NCBI GenBank assembly: GCA_937125395.1 | Contig: CAKZLI010000059.1 | Span: 1,462-65,461, forward strand | Direction of reading: 5' to 3' | DNA length: 64,000 nt | DNA from: an uncultured Glaciecola sp. | GTDB lineage: Bacteria; Pseudomonadota; Gammaproteobacteria; Enterobacterales; Alteromonadaceae | Part shown: in pieces, positions 42,227 through 51,300 of the stretch | Position numbering within the stretch: the first letter of the stretch is position 1 | Layout of the letters: every line of letters starts with the position of its first letter | The notes under the pieces: generated by a model | What the model was told of the DNA's origin: nothing | The model's database searches: none | What the model saw: the letters and a program-made list of their open reading frames with translations, nothing else | Position numbers and translations under genes: made by a program

Positions 42227-42348
42227 TAAGAATATTTCGTAAGAAAAAATCTTATTGAATTGGTATTTATTTTATTATTAACGTTAAGTAAGAATATTTC
42301 TTAGTTATATATATTATTTTCTTGAATGCTTGATAAGAATATTTGTTC
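42227..42348. promoter_or_regulatory. Three copies of a TAAGAA-TAT-TTCTTA dyad (candidate operator array) upstream of the giant lipoprotein gene
   Basis: 42227 TAAGAATATTTCGTA; 42289 TAAGAATATTTCTTA (perfect 6-bp arms with a 3-bp spacer); 42334 TAAGAATATTTGTTC. The 11-nt core TAAGAATATTT is identical in all three. Spacings are 62 and 45 bp. The last copy is 41 nt before the ATG at 42389. Confidence 0.5.
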
Positions 42349-42388
42349 TGTTATATTAATTTTTATAATTAGTTTAAATGGAATTAAC

Positions 42389-45300
42389 ATGTCGTCCAAT
42401 AAATTTCACCTTGTATTTAAATTTATATTCTCCAGTTTTTTTGCTTTATCACTTCTAGCATGTGGTGGTGGCAGCGGAAACAATGAGCCTTCACAGTCAA
42501 ATACTCCTCCACCTGTTGCGGTGCCACCAGCAGTAAGTACACCAACGAATAATGGTGATCTGGACACTTCTACATCTGCAGATAATTCATCTGAAACTAA
42601 CGCACCGAACTCTTCTGTGGTTATGGCTTACAGGTTAATAGATACAGTTGATAATTGTTTAAGTGGCGGAGTTGAAATTAAAACCGGTATTGATGATAAC
42701 AATAACAGCACGCTCGAGCCATCAGAAGTAGATAACATAGATGTTGTATGTAATGGCTCAAACGGCACAGACGGTTTAAATGGTTCGGACAGCTTAATTA
42801 ATGTAGTTAATGAACCTGCCGGAAACATATGCTCCAATAGTGGCATTCATATTAATGTTGGATTAGACATTAATTTTGATGAACAATTAAACTTAGATGA
42901 AATAACACAATCGGCGACTGTGTGCTTTCCAGCTGGAGATCAAATAGAACAAATTTCTTATGCGGCGGCAAAAATAAAAGGCAATGTTAGCAATATATTA
43001 AGAGCGTCTAAAACAAGCAACAAACAAAAACTAAGAAGAGATGAGTTGCTTGCAAGCAATGCAACAGTACTAATTACACCATCACCTATTGCAGCCAACG
43101 TAGATAGACAAAGTGAAGACACTGAGGGATTACTTACTCAACCTGTCGAAGCTGTCGTCGACGAATCAGGAAATTACGAAGTAATTGTGCCCGCTGGTGC
43201 AGATTATTCAATAGTAATGACAAATAGTGCCAACGGCACTGGTGCAAAAATAGATAATATTTCTGTTGAATCGGGTGAAACCAAAACACAAGATATTCCA
43301 TTATCAAGCCAATCAGCAACGGGTGGTGTGACAATGCAAATCGCAGAGCTGTTAACCGGTTTATTGCTCGATAACGCAATAGTTGAAGTCCTCGAAATTG
43401 CGGAACAAAAAACAACATTAGAGGATGGTGTTGTTGAGTTTACAAATTTACCAGCAGGTGATTATCATTTAACAATTAATCGTAGTGATTACGTAGGTAA
43501 ATACATTGCCTTTAACGTTGTTTCTGGTTTAGTGACGGATCTCGGTACGGCCGAATTAAACAATCAAAAAGGCTCAGCGGTAGGCCAGCTTTTTTCAGAT
43601 AGCATAGATGATTTGAGTAACATTATTGTTTTTGCTCGTGCTGCTGATGATAGTGTTTATTCTACTTTAACTAACGCGAGTGGTACTTTTACTTTTAATG
43701 CTCTACCTGTAGGCGAGGGTTACCGTTTTATCGTTGTTGCGAATATCCTCGACAGCGTGAAAAGCGAGGCTGTAACTGTCGTTAAAAATGAAACGGTGAT
43801 TGTAGATTCAATTCCGGTAACACCTAGAAAAGCGAATACAGGGAGTATCGCAGGTTACGTGAAATTCGCTGAAAGAGAAAACTCATTAGACCATGCTGGT
43901 ATTATCGTGTCTGTTGAAGGGACAGACCAAGAGGCAATCACATCGAAGGATGGTTCTTATATTATAAATGGGTTAACAGCCGGTAATTATTCGTTGAATT
44001 TCACCGAAGCAAATCATCAATCACAAAACCTTGCGATAGATGTGACAGTTGGCACATCGACTATTGTAGACACTATTGTAATTGGAAGTTTGAATGGGAA
44101 TATTTCTGGCAAAGTAATTGATAATAATGACGTTGCATTAGCCAACGTAAACCTTGTTATCTTTGAAACAGGGCAAACTACACTATCTGATAATAATGGT
44201 GATTTTATTTTCTCCGACCAACCAATAGGTTCATATACTGTTTTAGCGAGTACTGACGGATACTCTACTGAGGAAATTGAAATAAGTATTGTACAGGGTG
44301 AAACAACAGTATTAGAAAATATTATTCTTACTCCCTTCGTTTTTAGTGGCGTTGTTAATACCGGAGAGCAACGTGATGATCATAGCGGTGTGACCGTTAC
44401 TTTATCCGGTACCGGCCTTACTGAGTTAACTGCACTTGATGGTTCGTTTGCGTTTAATGGAGTCGAGCCTGGCAACTACCAATTGCAAGTTGCTAAAGCA
44501 GGTTTTCAATCTCAGGCGCTTGGGATTGTCATTTCTGAAAATAGTGTTGAGTTGGGCTATGTAATCAACTTGGAAGCATTAGTTGGAGTCGTTACAGGAC
44601 AGGTGTCTTTAGATAATCGTATTGATCACTCTGGCATAATGGTAACCTTAATAGGAACAGACTATTCTACTTTCACAGACAGTACAGGCAAATGGAGCCT
44701 TAAATTACCTTTAAGGAACTATAGTCAGGGCTTAAGTTATACAAAACCTTATTACAGTGAACTTATCAATGCGTCTACTTTGACTATTATTGAAAATGGT
44801 GAGTTTACTGTAACTTCTGCGCTTCTTATTCAGAATAATGCACAAATTACTTTTAATGTTGATGCAGTGAATACTTGTTCGGGTGATTTGGTTGTAACAG
44901 CATTGGGACTAAGCGGCGACGCGTTAGGATTTTCAGGTAATTTACAAGTAAGCTCAGAGAATACTATTGAGCAAGCGTTGCCTTTGGGCGAATATCAGCT
45001 ATCAACGACCTGTAGTGACAGTGGATGGGAATCAAATGTCGTTAATGTAGATTTAACTAATGCGCAAGATAGTTATCAACTCGACAATGTTAATTTACGT
45101 CAGAGCTTTTTAGTTATTAACGACGGAGCAGAATATACTAATGAACAGCAAATAGCCCTGGCTATCGGAAATACTGATGCTGTAGAAATGAAAATCGTTG
45201 ATGGTATTAATGACACTGGCTGGTTAGCGTTGCAAAATGACTATAATTATACCTTGTCTATTGGCAATGGCCTAAAGACTGTAACAGTATATTTTAAAGA

Positions 45301-48300
45301 CATTAATGGCGTTGAACTTTCATCAGTTAGTGACACTATTCAGCTAGATACTTTCTTAAATGTGGCTTACTTCAACCAAAGTGGTGCAAATACTCGTGGT
45401 GATATACTGCATTTGTCTTTGAGTTTGGCTCAAGAGCTCGGCGCAACCGTTACAGCGACTATTCCAGGTGTTGTTGAAGCGCTCCCTTTATTAGATAATG
45501 GTTTTGGTGGTGATCAAACTGCAAATGATGGTATCTATGAGCGTGATTTTTATATTGATACACCAATCGATATCAACGCACCTGTAAATGCCACAATAAC
45601 TGATTTGGCGGGCAATATTGCAAGCACTGTATCGGATACAAATTTGGTATTAAACACCGCACCGACCATAAAAAACTTAATCAATAGTTCTAATATTGTT
45701 GCTGGTGAAATGACTATAACGTTCACTACGGATGAGCCAGCAACGGCAACTATTTTATATGGCGATAGTCTTGCAAACCTCGCCAATACTATCGTGCTTA
45801 GCAGTAATCTAACTAAAAGCCACACTGTGCAACTAGATGGGCTATCTGCCAATAGCCTTACTTATTATCAATTGTCGGTAGCTGACAGCGCTAATAATAA
45901 AACAGAACTAACAGGGCAAGGCAAACTGGCGCCCGCACCTGTTGAAGATTTAGCTGCATATCCAGGAAGTAATGAAGTAGGACTTATTTGGAGCTCAAAT
46001 GAACAAGCGGCAGGTTATCGTATTTATCGGTCAAATGATGGCGGTAATATATTTACTTTGGTCAATGCAGATGCATTGATTATAGAGCGTTTTTATATTG
46101 ATACTTTAGCAACAAACGCTACCCAGTTTCAGTACTATATTACCGCTGTTGATGCTGACAATAATGAAAGTGAAAACAGTGATACTGTTTCGGTAACTCC
46201 ATTGGTCACACTCGCAGGACCTACTGAGATAGCGGGCGGGTTGATTGATACCAACACAGTTTGGTTAAAATCACGTTCTCCTTATAATATTTCTGCCAAT
46301 ATTAAAGTAAAAAAAGATATTGAATTATTATTGTTAGCCGGCACTGAAGTGGCGTTTGCCAATGCTAATGTCGGTATTACCTTAGCCGGCTCAATGTTGG
46401 CATTAGGGCAAGAGAATATGACAGTAAAAATTAGTGCTTTTGGAGCGGATGATACCAACAGTAATAATTATTCGAATGCGATTATTTATGAACAGGGTAA
46501 CAATACTCCCAGTGTATTTAACCACACTGAATTTAATTATATTAAAGCGTACTACGACTATGAAAACAGCTATGACAGACAAAATTATATAGTCCCACTG
46601 CAACTTAATGACGGCAGTCTTAATATCTTTAGTAATGGCGGTAACTCTGATTTCTATATTCAATCAGCAAACAATACTGATATAACATTGTCGGGCTGGG
46701 GCAACGGAGGTAATTCAAACTCAGCTAAAATTAACAGTGCTAACAATATTACTGCAACCAGTGCAGATTTTGATGCCATAGGCGGTATGCCTAGTACCAA
46801 TTACTTAAATGGCTTATTTATTCGTAATATTTCTAATTCTATATTTAATCGTATTTCACTTTATATGGATAATGGCGCAATAGATGACAGTGAATTTTTT
46901 GATAGTGAAATAAACTCTGTTAATACAATTAATAATAGTACGCTGACTAATAGTAAAGTTTTAGGGTACTCTTCGTTAAATGCTACTAACAACACCTTAG
47001 TTAATACACAGATTAATTTATCCGGTGATAATACTAAGTTAGTGCTTCACTACAGTGTCATTGATACTCTATCAACGGTTGCTGCTAAACGCTTAGACGT
47101 GTCACACAACTATTGGGATACAACCGACCTGACAGAAATTACCAATAAAACAGGTTACAGCCCAGATCAAAGTAAAAACACCCATTTATATCCGATAATT
47201 ACCAGCAGTGACTTATACCTGGCTGATTGGGATGGTGATACGATCCCTGATTATCTCGATTACGATAATGACAACGACGGTTATAGTGACTTGCAAGAAG
47301 ATTGGGAGTCAGATCCTTTGTATGGCAGCATATATAATCCACTAGATGCTGATTCGCATCCAACAACGGCTAAAGATAACGATATGGATGGTTTATCAGA
47401 TGCTGACGATTTAGATGATGATAACGACGGCTTAATTGATACAGAAGAGAGCATTCGGCTAACTGATAAGTTTTTAGCTGACAGTGATGGTGATGGTGTA
47501 AACGACGGCAATGAAGTTAATTACGCGTACAATCCCTTAGATAAAGCTAACTTTCCATTAATGGGTAACATCATTGGTAAAACCATAGATAACTCTAACG
47601 TGAATAGCCAAGGTGCCGTCTATTTAGCTGGCGAAGAGCAAACTAATGACATGATGAGTTATACATCTGTTACTCCGGTTAACTTAACCAATGTGACGGT
47701 TGCCCCTGGTACGTCATTAATGATTGAAAAAGACACCACTGTGTATTTCAATGATAGTTATATTATCGGTGATGCGGCTAATGTCATTACTATCCGTTCA
47801 ACCGGGGCAGGTAATGGTAGTTTATATTTAAACAATACCACATTAAGTTACGCTAATATTAAAGGCGCTATTTCTACCTCATTTAATCGTGGCTCTGTAA
47901 TTGATCACATTGATATAAATGTGAATCAGTTAAATAACAGTGGTGTTATGAGCTATAGCGTTATTCAAAATAACAATGGTCCTTTTTATAATAATCATCT
48001 AATAAGTCGTAGTTATGTTAGTGGAAATTATTTTTATAATCAAAATGATGGCTCTGTAATTAATAGTTATATTTCTCTAATTGATCAATGGAGAGACGTT
48101 TATAATAGTGGGGAGTTATCTAGTGTTTATGTCGGTTCAAGGGTATATCAGCAAACTAACGGTACCATTTCCAATGCTGTTATTAGTAGCTTGCATTCAG
48201 AACAAGCAAACACAGTTATTAATTCAGATATTAAATTAACTTCAACGACGGTTAATGCATTATTTGACAATACCTTTATTCAAGGCCAAAACGGTAATGA

Positions 48301-51300
48301 TGCGTACACCGGCTATGGTGAGCCTGCTGACCAAATTGGAGATGGTGTCGCTGAAACGATATTTACACTCAATGAAAGTGATTATACGGTTGATGGTATC
48401 AGAAACCCTCGTGCTACAGCTAACTATCCTGACGTAATCTTTAAGCCCTATCTAGCTACTGCTAATATTTGGTCACCTGAAGATGTGGGTGCATGGTGGG
48501 ATATGAACAGTCCGAATACCTTTGCCGATAAAGATCCGTCAACCACAATGGGAACCTTGTCCGGACAAATTAAACTTGTTGGGTTTACAAACCATTCCGG
48601 CGTAACTGTTAGCGTGATCGATACTTCTTTGAGTACCACGACAGATGCGGAGGGTAATTGGTCAATTCGGTTACCAGCTCGTGATTACACTGCGGGTATT
48701 CGCTTTACCAAAGCACATATGCAAACCATTACAAAAGATCGATCTTATTCGGTATCCGCGCTACAAGATACCTCCCTAGGCTTGCTTAATATGGCACAGT
48801 TAACCGCCAGTGTAAGTGGTGTGGTCGTTATTGACGAAGCTTCAGACTATACCCAAGCGACGATTACGGCTAATAAAAATGGCCAAACAACTATTATCAA
48901 TCCTAGCGCAGCCGGTGACTTTATCTTTAAAGACCTACCTCTAGGTGATTACCGTTTTGCTGTGACTTACCCCAATGGTAGTTGGGAGACGGTAACGCGG
49001 CTCTTAACACTTGATATGGGTACTACTGAACATAACTTACCTTTAACGAGAGTGCGTAACAGTTTTGTGTATATTAACGAGGGAGCACTTTATACCAATT
49101 CAGCTGAGGTTGATTTAGCAATTACGAATGCCAATGCGACGAATATGGTGATTACAGAAGATAACATCGCCTCAGTCTCACAAAGTTTCAATACATCCCA
49201 AACGATAACCTTGAGTGGCGGTGATGGTGAAAAAACGGTAAAGATAGATTTTACAGATGAGAATGGCAATGCGCTCACTCAAGCCATTAGCACTATCACG
49301 CTTGACACCACTGTATCATTAACAAGTTTAACCTTATCTAACGTGAATAGTTTAGGTGATACATTGCACATGGCGCTAACGGCAAATGAAGCTGGTGGCA
49401 TGGCAACGGTGTCTATACCGGGTTTGTTTACTGATTTACCATTATATGATGATGGTACAAACGGCGACATGGTTGCAGACGATGGTATATATGAAACAGA
49501 TTACCTAATCAACTCTGCAGAAGATATTAATGCAGTAGCAACCGCAACATTTGTCGATAGAGCAGTAAATACTGACACTATTACTAGTATGACTACTATG
49601 GATATTGCCACTTCACCAACGATAAGTGATTTGTTAGTACAATCGAACGAAGGCAAGTTAATCATAAGTTTTGCTACCAACGAGCCAGTAATGGCTACTG
49701 TAAACTATGGCAGCAGCGCGGATAATTTAGATCAATCTTTGGATGTATCATCTACTGAAGCCCTGAACCACAGTATTGAGCTATCTGCAACCGCCGGACA
49801 AAATCTGTACTTCTCCATAATAACCGATGATGGCGTTACTACTGTAACGACTATAAGTAGTTCAGGTTTATTGGCTAATCCAAGTTTAGCTGGGCTTAGT
49901 TCGTCTGCGGGAGATGAAGAAATTGGCCTAGTATGGACAACACAGGCAGAAGCATCCGGTTACCGTATATACCGTAGCATCGACTCAAACACCTTTGGTT
50001 TGATTGATACTATATCAGCTGAAACACCCTATTATGTTGATGACAGTGTTTATAACGACCAAGCATATCATTATCGTGTGACTTGGTTAGACGAAAACGG
50101 GGTTGAAAGCGACCAAAGCCGTTCAGTAACTGCAATGGCATCGATGAACAATGCCGGTGGTACAGAAATTAATGGTGGCGTTATAGCTAATAATCAAATT
50201 TGGTTAGCATCACGCTCGCCTTATATTATTACAGCAAATATGTTGGTGAAAGCCTCTGCAACATTGAGTTTAATGCCAGGAGCTGAAATTGAATTTAACG
50301 GTGCTAAACGTCATATTATGGTGCAAGGGAATATTATGGCCTATGGTACGAGTGATGCTGTAGTTAAGATATCTACTGACCCATTATACAATACCAGTAC
50401 AGGTGAAAATGGTGGTCAATCAGCGATTATTTATGACATAGGAAATAACACGGCCAGTGAATTTATTCATACAGAGTTAAATTATATAGAAGTGTATAAA
50501 AACTACACTAATGTCGGTGATAGACGTTATAACCCAGTGCCCGTAACGTTTGATCATAGTGTGATTAACAGTTTTTATGGTAATAATTCGAGCTTTGCCA
50601 TAAGCACATTAAAAAACAGTAACTATAACGAATATAGTTATGGTGTTTATTACTACTCTACAGCACGTATTAGGAACACTAATAATACTGTGTTTAACGC
50701 TTTAGATTTATATACTAAAGAGCCTCGTGAAATTAATCAATATATTGCAAGAGTTGACCAAGCGGTTAACACAACCTTTAATAATGGTTACTTTGATTTT
50801 CAAAATGGTAGCATCGATAGCAGTGTCTTTAATCAAGCCAAAGCTTATCGAGCCGCAGAGATTAAAAATAGCCGCTTTACTGACAGTAGCATTACAGGTA
50901 GCAATTCATTGCGACTAACGGATAGCCAGTTAGTTAATTCTACAGTGTCCTTAACAGGTGATAATACTCGTTTAACCATGCACTATAGTCAACTTGATAC
51001 AGACTCAACAGTTAGTGCCAAGCTGTTAGATATTGCTTATAACTATTGGGGAAGCACTGATTTAGATACTATTGCGCTGCAATCAGGTTATAGCCCTAAC
51101 ATAGAAAAAAATACGCATTTGTATCCAATTATATCCGGTTATGATTTGTATAATGCCGATTGGGATGAAGATGGCGTACCTGACTACCTGGATTATGACA
51201 ACGATAATGATGGATACAGTGACTTGCAAGAGGATTGGGAGTCTGACCCAACATATGGTGGCATATTTAATCCTTTAGATAATAGCTCTTTCCCTGTAGG

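Noticed and set aside
42326-42388. Upstream ATG (42326) as the start of the giant gene
   Set aside because: The 21 extra codons precede a complete signal peptide and lipobox that begins at the ATG at 42389. They also contain the third copy of the operator-like dyad. I cannot exclude it without N-terminal data.
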